From Candidatus Poribacteria bacterium (GTDB lineage: Bacteria; Poribacteria; WGA-4E; WGA-3G): a stretch of DNA of 64,000 nucleotides. Where the stretch lies: the NCBI GenBank assembly GCA_965214095.1, contig OZ243938.1:2560001-2624000 (forward strand), in the 5' to 3' direction. How positions within the stretch are numbered: position 1 is the stretch's first letter; every line of letters starts with the position of its first letter. The notes beneath the pieces are model-generated. The model ran no database searches. It saw nothing but the letters and a program-made list of their open reading frames with translations, and was not told where the DNA came from. The translations under genes were made by a program, and so were the position numbers. Shown here piece after piece: positions 9,591-19,202 of the stretch.

Positions 9591-12500
9591 TTGAACCCAA
9601 TATCCACAGATGGATATAGATGTCTATTTATCCTCGCACTCACATTGCTTCTTCTCGCAAAGCCTGCCTTGACTGCGAATAAAGACGAATCCACACCGAC
9701 ACCTCAACAAGAAAATACTGCAAATACACCAATAGAAAACCCGTTTACCAAAAAACCGAAAGAAGACAGTTGGTTAGAAAGTGATACGCAAACAGAACCC
9801 ACTGAGGACGAATCTGAAGCACGAGACGAAGATACAGAACAGGCACTACGTCGTCAGTTACTAATGCCATATTTAGAGTCCATACGCCGCTGGAGAAATC
9901 CGCCTGACCTCGGCGACCTATCTGAATTATATGATTGGACCCCGCGCAAAAAATCAGATACAAAAGGCATTGATCTGCCTATGGATTCAAACCTACAGAT
10001 TACTGGTTTCCAGTCTGTAACAGTTGAAGTCAACAGAACACACTATTTCGGTGAAGGAGACTTGAACAGATACGGAGGATACGGATATAGTAGTTACGGT
10101 GGTTACGATTCCGGTCTGGACCTCGGCTTAAGCTCATCCTACGGATATGAAGATTTTGGCTACGGCGGCTATGGAGGTGGATACGATAGTTTTGGGTCAG
10201 GTTCCTCAAGCTACGGTAGCGGATATAGCAGTTATGGAAGCAGAGGAGTTCCTCGCGCATCAGGCATCAACATACGACAACAGCAAAAGATAGGTCTACA
10301 CGGACGCGTCGGTGAACGCACGCATATCGCTGTAGATTACAACGCAGGTGATACATACGGAGGAGGATATGGGGGTTATGGTGGCGGATATAGCGGATAT
10401 GGACTCGGTGGTGCAAAAGAACAGAAAATCAAAATCTGGTATGAAGGAAAACCCGATAGCATCATCAAGACAATATCATTTGGAGACATTACACTCAGCC
10501 TTCCCAACACACGTTTTCTCAATATCAACCGAAATCTGTTCGGACTTGAAGGTGTTTTCGAATATAAGAACACACGGCTAACCGCATTCGGTTCACGAAG
10601 TAAAGGTGTCCGTGAAGTGCGGACGTTCCGAGGACAATCACGCAGAGCAAGTTTCGGATACGGTCCGCGCGGTATTCAGGTCGCCGATTCAAATTATGTT
10701 AAGAATAGATACTATCTAATCCATAAGGGTGAAGACGGTCTGCTACACGACGCATATCTCCCAATAAAATCAGGAAGTGTGGAAATCTATATTGATGATA
10801 GTGTCGTCGGAAACAACCAAGGTGGACAACGAACCAGTCAAGGATATTTCAACCCACAGTTCCCCGGTCAAGACTACAACATTGACTATGAAACAGGTGA
10901 AATCGAATTCCTTTCCCAAATCTCGTCAAGTTATACTATCGTTGTCGCTTATGAATATTTAGGCGATGGCGGTGGAAGTGTTGGAAATCCAGGAAACGTC
11001 TTCGCTGATGAAAATGCTGACGGTTCTATTGATGAAGAAGGCGAACAGGTAGGATATGTTGTCCTAAAAGAGAAAGGGTTTCGCGGCACCGCTGCATCAC
11101 ACGTCTACTACATCGGAAACAGAAACATAAACCCACGCGATTTTACTTTGACGATTATCAGAGACGGACAAAGTGAAACCTTTGATACTGATACTGGACC
11201 TGTACCATATATTGCGATATTTGGATTAGACCAGAACGGCGATGGCATCGTCGACCCAGAGTTCATCGACTATGACAGAGGATTACTGCGTTTCCCATCA
11301 TCACGTCCTTTTGAGATACAAGATCCCCAACATCCATATTACAAATACAGAGACTCCCTTAACAATGAAGCAATATATCTGGAATCCTTACGCAGTACTG
11401 ATCAAGTCTACACCATCATCGCAGATTATTCCTATCAATCCGAAACATATAATGTCGGTCTGTTCGTCATTCCCGAAAGCGAAACCGTACGACTAAACGG
11501 CAAACTCCTTACCCGCGACACAGATTATTTGATGGTCTATGAAGTTGGTTCCATACGGTTTTTCAGTGAACTTGATGAGTTTGATGAGATCGTCGTAGAA
11601 TTTGAAAAAACACCATTCGGCGGTGGCACACAGCAAGCTGTCGCAGGTCTATGGCTTGAATACACACACAAACCTAAACCAAAATCATCAGAACAGCAAA
11701 ACCTTGAAGACAGGTTTAATAGATTAGGGGGAGGTCAAAACATACCTACAGGTTTAGATAACAACCTAAATACTGACCCGTTTTCCGGTGGTTTGTCTAA
11801 CACAGGATCACGTACTGGACGCGGATTCGGTAATACTGGCTTTGGATCAAGCGGATTCGGAACAAGTGGATTCGGTAGCGGCTTTGGCGGTGGAGGATAC
11901 AGCAGTTTCGGTGGGTTCGGAGGAAGATCCAGAAGCGGCTCCAGCTATTATGGCGGATACGGATCGGGTATGAATTATTTCAATCCTGTATTCCAAAAAG
12001 GCTTCAATATCTCAACTGGATACATCCTAACAACAGGACAACAACCCGCACAAATACCAGATGTCAACAGTGTGCCAAACAGATTACAGGCGTTTAACAT
12101 AAACACAAGTTTCGGCAGAGAATTCAACATCGCATGGTTAGTCAATCCACTTCCATTCGTCAACTCACGTTACTTCCCACTCTCCTTTGACTTCAGCGGG
12201 GAAGCCGCTTATTCACATAACAACCCAAATAGCGTCGGTGTTGCTATGATTGATAGTATGGAAGGCGTAAAACAGACTTCTACAATACCTACAAGAAAAT
12301 ATAATTGGAAACCAAGTAGTCTGCCTTATGTCCCAGAATCTCAACAGGCAGACCTATCCACAACCGACTATAGTGTTGTCCCAACACAAGAAAATAGAGC
12401 TCTCTTTAACGTCGTACTCAGAGATAGAGAGGAAGCAGATGCTGTTGGCAACTATATGCGAAACAGAGATGTACCAGCATCTTCTATACAACCACTTTCT

Positions 12501-15500
12501 CTCTCAACAGATGAACGGGTGGTCATGGAGATCGGATATGATTTTACAGACGTCGTCGCAGAATGGGGCGGATTCTCAAACGGTATATCAAAATCTGGAA
12601 CAGATTTCTCCGAACGCGGTTTCATCGAAATGTGGATGCGAGTACAAGGAGATGACGACGTTACGCTTTATCTCAATATCGGGGCTGTCAGTGAAGACTC
12701 AGACGCAGACCAAAGACTTGACAGTGAAGACCTACCACAATCTTTAGAAGACACCAACGGCGACAATATTGTTGACGCGCTTGACCTTGACCTTGAAAAC
12801 TTGCCTACAGATCAACAGAATCGCGCTAACGGGCAAATAGATAAAGGAGAGGATGTTGGATGGTTATTTGATGGTGAATTTCAACCCGAATCTTTTGGCG
12901 GAAACAACGATATTTTAGATAGCGAAGACCTAAACGGAGACGGTGTACTGGATACCGTTGACGCATATTTTCAAGTCGCTATTCCTCTCAATGAAATACC
13001 AAACGAATGGATAAAAGGTAAAAACACAAACGGATGGACATTTCTTAGCATACCGCTCACAGAATTAGCCCCTGAAGGCACACGGCTTCCAAGCCTTGTG
13101 TTTGTTCAACACTTCCGTCTGTGGTTGATGAAAAACCATCCAGGAAACGTTAAAGGCACATTCCAGTGGGCTTCTATTGAAATCGTCGGAAATCGATGGC
13201 AACAAGGGGTCGTCACAAAATCATTAAACGATACCGACTCCGGACTTTCAGATAGTCAAGTTGTGGAAAATACATTAGAAAAATTCATCGTCGGCACAAG
13301 AGACAACTTCAGTTTTGACGACTATCAGAGTGCATACATTGAAATTGAGGATGATGAACTCTTCAGGAAACTACACCCTTTCACAGCATCATCGCTCGGC
13401 TTCCAAACACAGCAGCAACGCGAACAAACACTCAGCTTAGAGTATTATCTCTATCCCGGTTCACACGGTATCACATCAAAACAACTCAAAGGGTACACGC
13501 AAAGTGAAGGACAAGATTTTAGCCAACATGATACACTACGATTTTGGTTATACGGAGACAATAGTGATACCACATTTGTCATGCAACTCGCACCCAGCGT
13601 GCGAAATACATACAGAAGTTCCTTTTACAGCTCCGACCCATTCCTCAACCAACCACAACAGGAAGAGGATGTTAACATCTTTGAAAACCTAACTGATTAT
13701 TATGAATACACAATACCACTTGACTTTGATGGTTGGAAACTGGTAGAAATTGACCTGCGGGACAATACACGCAACGAATATCCCGATAGTGTAGAGAACC
13801 AGGATGATGATACTGATACTACAAATCAGAATATCCAATCCGATCCTGTAGAAAACGCTCCTGATGGACATCCCGATGGTTTCACCGTCAGAAAAACAGG
13901 AACGGGTGTTAGCAGAACGCAGCTCACAATAAAAAACATCGGTGGTATTCTACTTGGTATCCGAAACGATACTGACCAAGAACTCAGTGGCGAAGTATGG
14001 GTGAACGAAATACATCTCGGTGACCCACTTATACGTTCTGGTTGGGCACGACGCGGTGATATGTCTGTTTCACTCGGTCGCATCCTCCGACTCCGCGGTG
14101 GATACGCAAGTCAGGACAAAGATTTTGAGAGCGGCGCAGGGGAAATCGGAAGGCAACGCTTATCTTCACGCGGATATAGCACCACAAACAACGACTACAA
14201 TATAAACGCTGATGTCACTATCTTCCAATGGCTACCTATCCGATATTCTATAAGAGAACAAGAGTCTGAAACGGAAGCACAACGTGGCAGCTACACCTCT
14301 TTTCAAAGTGGAAAAAGCCAAACACATAACAGAGATGTCTCTGTTAATTTCAACCGAAATCCCTTCCCTAACCTCGGTTTCGCATACAACTTCCAAGACT
14401 TCTGGAATGAACGCCAAGGCACACAGATTAGCCACTTATATACAGGGACCTTTCGCTACAGTATCGGCACAAAAGTCGGATTCAATATGCAATATCGCCA
14501 CGAAGACATTATCGCACAACCCGAAACCGCTACCGACACAACCGCATCGTCAACCTCCTTCTACAGCTACGGCTACGGCAGAAATCGTGATGAAAAAACA
14601 GATAGCGGCTCCATTTCTCTCAACATCAGTCCAATCAATGCATTTAGTCTCAATCCAAGCTATGATATTCGTAGAACGCTTGAAAGACGTGATCAAAGCC
14701 GATACAGACCCACCTCTTTCACATCCGGATTTGACACCACTGCTAATGACGATGACACTGAGGACACACCTACAGGCTTTTCCATCGCAGAAAGAGAACA
14801 TCGGGTTTCTCTTACTCCCCGACTCAACCGTGATCTTCTCGGTTTACGACCAACCGTCACAAGCCGTGCAAGTTTCCGAGAAAACTGGTTCACAACACAA
14901 AAAGACGCATCACTCAATGGAAACATCAACCTCGGTTTAAACCTGCGTATACAAAAATGGTTCGGATGGATATTCAAAAGTAAAGAACCTGAGATGGAAG
15001 GAACACAAAATGCACCCGAAAAACCTACAAATACACAAGCACCAAGCCAACAACTCATTGAACAAATGCGTAAAAGCGGTATTGATGAGGCACAAATACA
15101 AGAATATAAAGAAAAACAAAGCGATTGGATAAATCGAGACAAAGCAGAAATAGACCAAAGTCAACCTACAGATCTCGCAGCGCAACAAAAACAGGAAGGA
15201 CTCTTCCAACGCATCATCAACACATTTTCTATCAATACCAGCGCGAATTTCACCGCAACAGAATCGTTCCGTCAACTTGAATCGGATCAGAACCTATTAG
15301 ATGTTTGGCAACTTGAAAACGATGCAGAAGAACGCACAAATTCACGCAAAAGCAATCGTTACTCAGTTCGCACTTCCATGGAACCGTGGAAATGGTTGAC
15401 CTTCGGCACAAATCTCAGCACTGCCGATAGTTTTCGCAAAAGCTACGCTACAACCTATACATCACATGCTGAAACCTATGAGGGTGATATAAAACTAAAA

Positions 15501-16028
15501 ACACAAAAAGCAACAAGCTTCCAACTCCGCTACAGTTTCACGACACGAAATAATACAAACCTTGATGTCACCCTTAGCGATAGCACAGCACACACACCAT
15601 CGCTCAGTTGGATACATAAATGGAGTGATGAAACTAGAACTTCATTAGGTATCCGCACAACACTCCGCGACCATCTCCGAAGTGGCATTGAGAGCAACGC
15701 ACTCATCATTACCCCTAACTTTAGCATTGACTACAAATACCATACGGAAGGCGGAATCCGCTTACCCATTTTCGGCAGGATACCCTTAAGGCACGACCTT
15801 GACCTAACCAACACATTATCTTTAGCAATCCGAAGGGAGCACTACGGTGCGAACAAAGAAGAACGTTCTGAAAGGTATGAGACAACACTGCGCGTCGGTT
15901 ACAAACTCAGCAACCACCTTACAGCAAACCTACATCTTGGCGTGAGTTATAACAACGATAGAGTTGAAGAAGGAAGGGATTTCATATCAGTCGCAAGTGC
16001 ACTAACAGTCAGAGGCGAATTCCAATAA
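9591..16028 (+). CDS. sprA: SprA/Sov-like giant outer-membrane beta-barrel protein (T9SS translocon homolog)
   Basis: Probable TTG start at 9591 after GGAGA, followed by a signal peptide. SprA-type motifs: SETVRLNGKLLTRDTDYLMVYEVGSIRF, SEDLNGDGVLD, IGGILLGIRN...SGEVWVNEIHL...GWA. Amphipathic beta-strand C-terminal half ending VRGEFQ. Confidence 0.72.
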   Translation: MNPISTDGYRCLFILALTLLLLAKPALTANKDESTPTPQQENTANTPIENPFTKKPKEDSWLESDTQTEPTEDESEARDEDTEQALRRQLLMPYLESIRRWRNPPDLGDLSELYDWTPRKKSDTKGIDLPMDSNLQITGFQSVTVEVNRTHYFGEGDLNRYGGYGYSSYGGYDSGLDLGLSSSYGYEDFGYGGYGGGYDSFGSGSSSYGSGYSSYGSRGVPRASGINIRQQQKIGLHGRVGERTHIAVDYNAGDTYGGGYGGYGGGYSGYGLGGAKEQKIKIWYEGKPDSIIKTISFGDITLSLPNTRFLNINRNLFGLEGVFEYKNTRLTAFGSRSKGVREVRTFRGQSRRASFGYGPRGIQVADSNYVKNRYYLIHKGEDGLLHDAYLPIKSGSVEIYIDDSVVGNNQGGQRTSQGYFNPQFPGQDYNIDYETGEIEFLSQISSSYTIVVAYEYLGDGGGSVGNPGNVFADENADGSIDEEGEQVGYVVLKEKGFRGTAASHVYYIGNRNINPRDFTLTIIRDGQSETFDTDTGPVPYIAIFGLDQNGDGIVDPEFIDYDRGLLRFPSSRPFEIQDPQHPYYKYRDSLNNEAIYLESLRSTDQVYTIIADYSYQSETYNVGLFVIPESETVRLNGKLLTRDTDYLMVYEVGSIRFFSELDEFDEIVVEFEKTPFGGGTQQAVAGLWLEYTHKPKPKSSEQQNLEDRFNRLGGGQNIPTGLDNNLNTDPFSGGLSNTGSRTGRGFGNTGFGSSGFGTSGFGSGFGGGGYSSFGGFGGRSRSGSSYYGGYGSGMNYFNPVFQKGFNISTGYILTTGQQPAQIPDVNSVPNRLQAFNINTSFGREFNIAWLVNPLPFVNSRYFPLSFDFSGEAAYSHNNPNSVGVAMIDSMEGVKQTSTIPTRKYNWKPSSLPYVPESQQADLSTTDYSVVPTQENRALFNVVLRDREEADAVGNYMRNRDVPASSIQPLSLSTDERVVMEIGYDFTDVVAEWGGFSNGISKSGTDFSERGFIEMWMRVQGDDDVTLYLNIGAVSEDSDADQRLDSEDLPQSLEDTNGDNIVDALDLDLENLPTDQQNRANGQIDKGEDVGWLFDGEFQPESFGGNNDILDSEDLNGDGVLDTVDAYFQVAIPLNEIPNEWIKGKNTNGWTFLSIPLTELAPEGTRLPSLVFVQHFRLWLMKNHPGNVKGTFQWASIEIVGNRWQQGVVTKSLNDTDSGLSDSQVVENTLEKFIVGTRDNFSFDDYQSAYIEIEDDELFRKLHPFTASSLGFQTQQQREQTLSLEYYLYPGSHGITSKQLKGYTQSEGQDFSQHDTLRFWLYGDNSDTTFVMQLAPSVRNTYRSSFYSSDPFLNQPQQEEDVNIFENLTDYYEYTIPLDFDGWKLVEIDLRDNTRNEYPDSVENQDDDTDTTNQNIQSDPVENAPDGHPDGFTVRKTGTGVSRTQLTIKNIGGILLGIRNDTDQELSGEVWVNEIHLGDPLIRSGWARRGDMSVSLGRILRLRGGYASQDKDFESGAGEIGRQRLSSRGYSTTNNDYNINADVTIFQWLPIRYSIREQESETEAQRGSYTSFQSGKSQTHNRDVSVNFNRNPFPNLGFAYNFQDFWNERQGTQISHLYTGTFRYSIGTKVGFNMQYRHEDIIAQPETATDTTASSTSFYSYGYGRNRDEKTDSGSISLNISPINAFSLNPSYDIRRTLERRDQSRYRPTSFTSGFDTTANDDDTEDTPTGFSIAEREHRVSLTPRLNRDLLGLRPTVTSRASFRENWFTTQKDASLNGNINLGLNLRIQKWFGWIFKSKEPEMEGTQNAPEKPTNTQAPSQQLIEQMRKSGIDEAQIQEYKEKQSDWINRDKAEIDQSQPTDLAAQQKQEGLFQRIINTFSINTSANFTATESFRQLESDQNLLDVWQLENDAEERTNSRKSNRYSVRTSMEPWKWLTFGTNLSTADSFRKSYATTYTSHAETYEGDIKLKTQKATSFQLRYSFTTRNNTNLDVTLSDSTAHTPSLSWIHKWSDETRTSLGIRTTLRDHLRSGIESNALIITPNFSIDYKYHTEGGIRLPIFGRIPLRHDLDLTNTLSLAIRREHYGANKEERSERYETTLRVGYKLSNHLTANLHLGVSYNNDRVEEGRDFISVASALTVRGEFQ

Positions 16029-16044
16029 TCACTATTCATTCTTA

Positions 16045-16156
16045 TACCATTTCTAATAGAAAACGCCGCATTTTTGTAGCATAAACTGCCAGTTTGTGCA
16101 GTCCTTCAAGACATTCTTAACAAATGTTAATGGGATAAACATTTATAGAAATGGTA
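16045..16156. mobile_element. MITE family A copy 2
   Basis: 112 bp, same TIRs and TTA duplication as 1423-1534. Lies between convergent genes. Confidence 0.85.
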
Positions 16157-16173
16157 TTAATTGTATGTGGCGG

Positions 16174-16632
16174 TCAATAAGGAATAACAAAATCAACGCG
16201 CATCGGAATCCCAGAGGAAAAAGGAAGACCCAAAAACCACCTGACACCCGAAATCCCATCCAAACCCACGTAAACCGTGCGGGTGTAGACAGGGTTTCCT
16301 GTCTCATATTTGGCATACATAGAAACATGATCACCAACCGGAACTTCACGTTCAAATATATACTCTCCTTGAGAATCTGTCAAAACTGGCTGACATTTCG
16401 TAAAAATGTTATCGGCAGACCAAGAAATCTCTATATTCTCTAACTTACTGGGATCTGTATCTCCATTCTCCATAACGACTTTACCGTAAACCGTTCCCTT
16501 AAAAAAGCTGCACCATACATCTACTACTATTACTTCTAAAATGGGAATCAGTATAAACATAACGAATATCAATACTATAATCGTTATTGGATACCATCTA
16601 TTGTTGAAGAAACTGTGAAAGACATTTTTCAT
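16174..16632 (-). CDS. Membrane-anchored protein with one beta-sandwich (prealbumin/carboxypeptidase-regulatory-like) domain; paralog 3 of tandem family
   Basis: N-terminal TM helix; motifs FKGTVYGKV, TDSQGEYIFE, GVRWFLGLPFSSGIPMRVDFVI. Confidence 0.75.
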   Translation of the reverse strand: MKNVFHSFFNNRWYPITIIVLIFVMFILIPILEVIVVDVWCSFFKGTVYGKVVMENGDTDPSKLENIEISWSADNIFTKCQPVLTDSQGEYIFEREVPVGDHVSMYAKYETGNPVYTRTVYVGLDGISGVRWFLGLPFSSGIPMRVDFVIPY

Positions 16633-16790
16633 AATAGGTGTTTGTAGTCGCGCAATTCATTGCGCCTCGGACATTCAGCACCAGAGATGCGGCAGGTGTA
16701 TAGAAACCAGGCACCATCACAGACCAAGCCCCAGCGGGGCGACACTCCAACTCGTATCCGCACATTTCATTGTAGCGTGGGTCTCCGGGA
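16633..16790. repeat. Cluster of REP-like palindromic elements
   Basis: AATAGGTGTTTGTAGTCGCGCAATTCATTGCGCCTCGGACATTCA is shared with 28259-28303. GCACCAGAGATGCGG...AAGCCCCAGCGGGGCGACA is related to 35849-35978. Confidence 0.6.
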
Positions 16791-16856
16791 AATCATGGCG
16801 AATGCCAAAGGCGCATTCGTCAAAAGACATTCATACCGTTGATTTGGTGCCCGCCA

Positions 16857-17891
16857 TCAATTTCCAATAATCGGAGGCGGTATATCAGGAATCACAAAAT
16901 CAACACGTTTCGGAATACCAGAAGATATCGGAAGACCAAGAAACCTTCTGACTCCCTCAATTCCTTCAACTCTATTACGAATTTCGCGATAATATCCAGG
17001 TGTTTCAGTTTCATATTTCACCGTAATACGAACGGTATTACTATTTACTGAGACGCAATTATCAAAGCGGTACTCACCATTAGAGTTTGTTAAAACAGGC
17101 CTCCACTTCTTGGGAATCCATTTTGAATCGCCTGTGGAACCTAAATAGACCTCTATATTCTCTAATCGGTTTGTATTTCCATCTTCCCTGGTGACTTGTC
17201 CATAGATGGATCCCTCAAAAAATCTACTCCATATCTCCGTCAATGGTCCTAAGAACATGACTATAATCATAACAGTTCCGAATATTACCTCAGGCACGTA
17301 GTGATAACTGTAGGTTCTGCGAGCGGGTCTGTGAGTTGCAATAGTATTCTCTGGAATATTGGGAACAACAAGGTCAACAGCTATCGCTTCTCCGGACGAA
17401 ATTGGCAATCCGAATTTAGCATTCCCAAATAACCATCTCACACCTTCAAATTCACCGACATCTTCGGTAATAACCCTCCTATTTCCAACATCTACCCCTA
17501 ATGTAAATTTACGTCCCACAGGGATTTTACATTGGAAAATATATTCTCCCTTGGCGTTTTCAGATATAGGTTTGACTTTGACCTTGTAGTCAATGGCACG
17601 CAAAGATATATCTAAATTTAAATCTTGTTTTGATAGATCTTTATTCTTTTCAATGACAATCTTGCCGTTAACCGTGCCGAAAAACAACCTTCGCCATATC
17701 TGTGCAGCAATTCGAAAAAGGAAAACAACAGTTAGGTATGCAAAGAATTCGTGGTCGTAAATTATCCAATCAAAGTCCAAGAGTTTTGCAATTGTAATGA
17801 ATGTTCCAAATAATAAACTACCAGCAATCCAATCCATCAGATAGGACCAAAAGCTTTTATAGTTTCTACGTTGTGGTTTATATCTTGCCAT
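16857..17891 (-). CDS. Membrane protein with two copies of the same beta-sandwich domain; paralog 2
   Basis: Two units of TM + 'FFGTVNGKI/FEGSIYGQV ... GEY.F ... EGVR.(L)FG..PISSG...VD.V'. Confidence 0.8.
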   Translation of the reverse strand: MARYKPQRRNYKSFWSYLMDWIAGSLLFGTFITIAKLLDFDWIIYDHEFFAYLTVVFLFRIAAQIWRRLFFGTVNGKIVIEKNKDLSKQDLNLDISLRAIDYKVKVKPISENAKGEYIFQCKIPVGRKFTLGVDVGNRRVITEDVGEFEGVRWLFGNAKFGLPISSGEAIAVDLVVPNIPENTIATHRPARRTYSYHYVPEVIFGTVMIIVMFLGPLTEIWSRFFEGSIYGQVTREDGNTNRLENIEVYLGSTGDSKWIPKKWRPVLTNSNGEYRFDNCVSVNSNTVRITVKYETETPGYYREIRNRVEGIEGVRRFLGLPISSGIPKRVDFVIPDIPPPIIGN

Positions 17892-17909
17892 TGATTTGGT
17901 GCCCCGCCA

Positions 17910-18476
17910 TCAATCCCCAGTAATCGGAGGCGGCATATCAGAAATCACAAAATTAACCCGCTTCGGAATCCCAGAAGACATTGGAAATCCGAGCCAACGT
18001 TTACCCAGAAACCATCTGACACCTTCAAAATCATCAATAACTTGATGAACATAACGATTGTTCGTTAATTTCGCTGTTAGTGTGAGATGAGGTCTTAGCG
18101 GTATATTTTCAAAACGGAACTCCCCTTTTTCATCGGTAATTACAGGTGTATCCTTCCTTCGTAAGTGATGAGAGGGACCCCAGGAGACCTCAACATTCTT
18201 AATCGGAGCAGGTGAGGTATTGTCACTATTCAGAACAACAGTCCCGTAAACTGTCCCTTTAAAAAGGGATCTCATTTTTTTTGTTGCTGTCTCTATTGCA
18301 AATGTAATAAGGAGAATACAAAGGAGTGTACAAAGTAAACCTATTATTGGACCAAAAAGATCTAAAAAAATATATTGGTAAGTGTTTTCAAAAATCAAAT
18401 AATAAATCAAAAAGTTCATGAAGGATAAAACTGGGAACCATTTACTATTTAGACTTGAATGTTTTTTAGCGTTCAT
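17910..18476 (-). CDS. Membrane protein with one copy of the beta-sandwich domain; paralog 1
   Basis: Two TM helices, then FKGTVYGTV...TDEKGEFRFE...EGVRWFLGKRWLGFPMSSGIPKRVNFVI. GAGG RBS. Confidence 0.8.
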   Translation of the reverse strand: MNAKKHSSLNSKWFPVLSFMNFLIYYLIFENTYQYIFLDLFGPIIGLLCTLLCILLITFAIETATKKMRSLFKGTVYGTVVLNSDNTSPAPIKNVEVSWGPSHHLRRKDTPVITDEKGEFRFENIPLRPHLTLTAKLTNNRYVHQVIDDFEGVRWFLGKRWLGFPMSSGIPKRVNFVISDMPPPITGD

Positions 18477-18561
18477 AACTTTTTCCTCTTAGAAAAAATC
18501 CGTTCGTAGTCGCACAATTCATTCCGCCTCTTACATTCTAATTCAAAAGGGAAATTCATTA

Positions 18562-18660
18562 TAGTAGATTTTGAAATTACTTGAACACTCTGCATCGGCG
18601 AGGTTAGGAAACCTCGCCTACCGTGGAACGATAGTGTCAACTTATATTTTAAATTCACTA
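18562..18660 (-). mobile_element. MITE family B copy (99 bp, TA target duplication, GTAGGCGAGGTTTCCTAACCTCGCC core)
   Basis: Reverse-orientation copy of 37900-37997 and 58649-58747. Ends TAGTGAA/TCTACTA are flanked by TA. Confidence 0.85.
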
Positions 18661-18689
18661 TAATGTAACGTTTGGTATATAACGAAAAC

Positions 18690-18850
18690 TCATATTACCG
18701 CGTTGACGCGTGTAGTGGATTTTCTACTTTTCTCCGTAGAATAACTCCCCATTGGCCAACAACCCAAAGTGAATTGCCTTCTTTTGCACGGGTGATGACA
18801 TAGAGATCGTTATCTATATCGATATGCTCTTGTTGCCAAGTTTCACCATA
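18690..18850 (-). pseudogene. 3' fragment of a YCF48/BNR-type beta-propeller gene
   Basis: Minus frame reads GETWQQEHIDIDNDLYVITRAKEGNSLWVVGQWGVILRR...stop with no start codon. The 5' side abuts a MITE-type end (TAGAATTGGTATAA, 18852-18865). Confidence 0.5.
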
Positions 18851-18983
18851 ATAGAATTGGTATAATGTCCGCAAATGGGAATAACGAAATTGTGTGGATA
18901 GTAATACGCTTTATTCCTCCATAGGTAGATAGAAAACGCCTAACTTTGTCAGAATAAATAGGTGTGGGGCACGGTTTATACAA

Positions 18984-19056
18984 TGGGGCGTACTGGATTT
19001 GAACCAGTGACTTCTACCGTGTGAAGGTAGCGCTCGTACCCCTGAGCTAACGCCCC
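18984..19056 (-). tRNA. tRNA-Val(CAC)
   Basis: Reverse complement GGGGCGTTAGCTCAG...CTACC-TT-CAC-AC-GGTAG...GGTTCAAATCC...CGCCCCA; CCA not encoded. Confidence 0.95.
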
Positions 19057-19068
19057 GATGGAAGAGAA

Positions 19069-19141
19069 TGGGCCCACTAGGACTCGAACCTAGGACCAGC
19101 CGGTTATGAGCCGGCGGCTCTGACCACTGAGCTATGGACCC
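19069..19141 (-). tRNA. tRNA with CAT anticodon, probably tRNA-Ile2 (lysidine)
   Basis: GGGTCCATAGCTCAG...GCCGG-CT-CAT-AA-CCGGC...TGGGCCCA. G1:C72 is paired, so it is not the initiator. Ile-type acceptor stem; sits downstream of rpoD like E. coli ileX. Confidence 0.85.
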
Positions 19142-19153
19142 TTACTACTTTTA

Positions 19154-19182
19154 ATTATAACTCGGTACTAACAAAAAATCAA
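19154..19182 (-). promoter_or_regulatory. Sigma70 promoter of the tRNA pair
   Basis: TTGATT-17 bp-TATAAT on the minus strand just upstream of tRNA-Ile. Confidence 0.65.
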
Positions 19183-19202
19183 GTAATAATTCAATATGGA
19201 AA

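Noticed and set aside
16174-18476. Diversity-generating retroelement or integron cassettes behind the repeated gene ends
   Set aside because: No reverse transcriptase or integrase in the window, differences between repeats are not adenine-specific, and no attC-like structure is visible.
18473-18658. Similar short ORFs at 18473-18658 and 58465-58788 as a peptide family
   Set aside because: The similarity comes from translating MITE family B; the ORFs share no start or stop.
19069-19141. tRNA-Met call for the CAT anticodon
   Set aside because: Paired 1:72 excludes the initiator, and the acceptor stem and position after rpoD favour Ile2. Elongator Met is not fully excluded.
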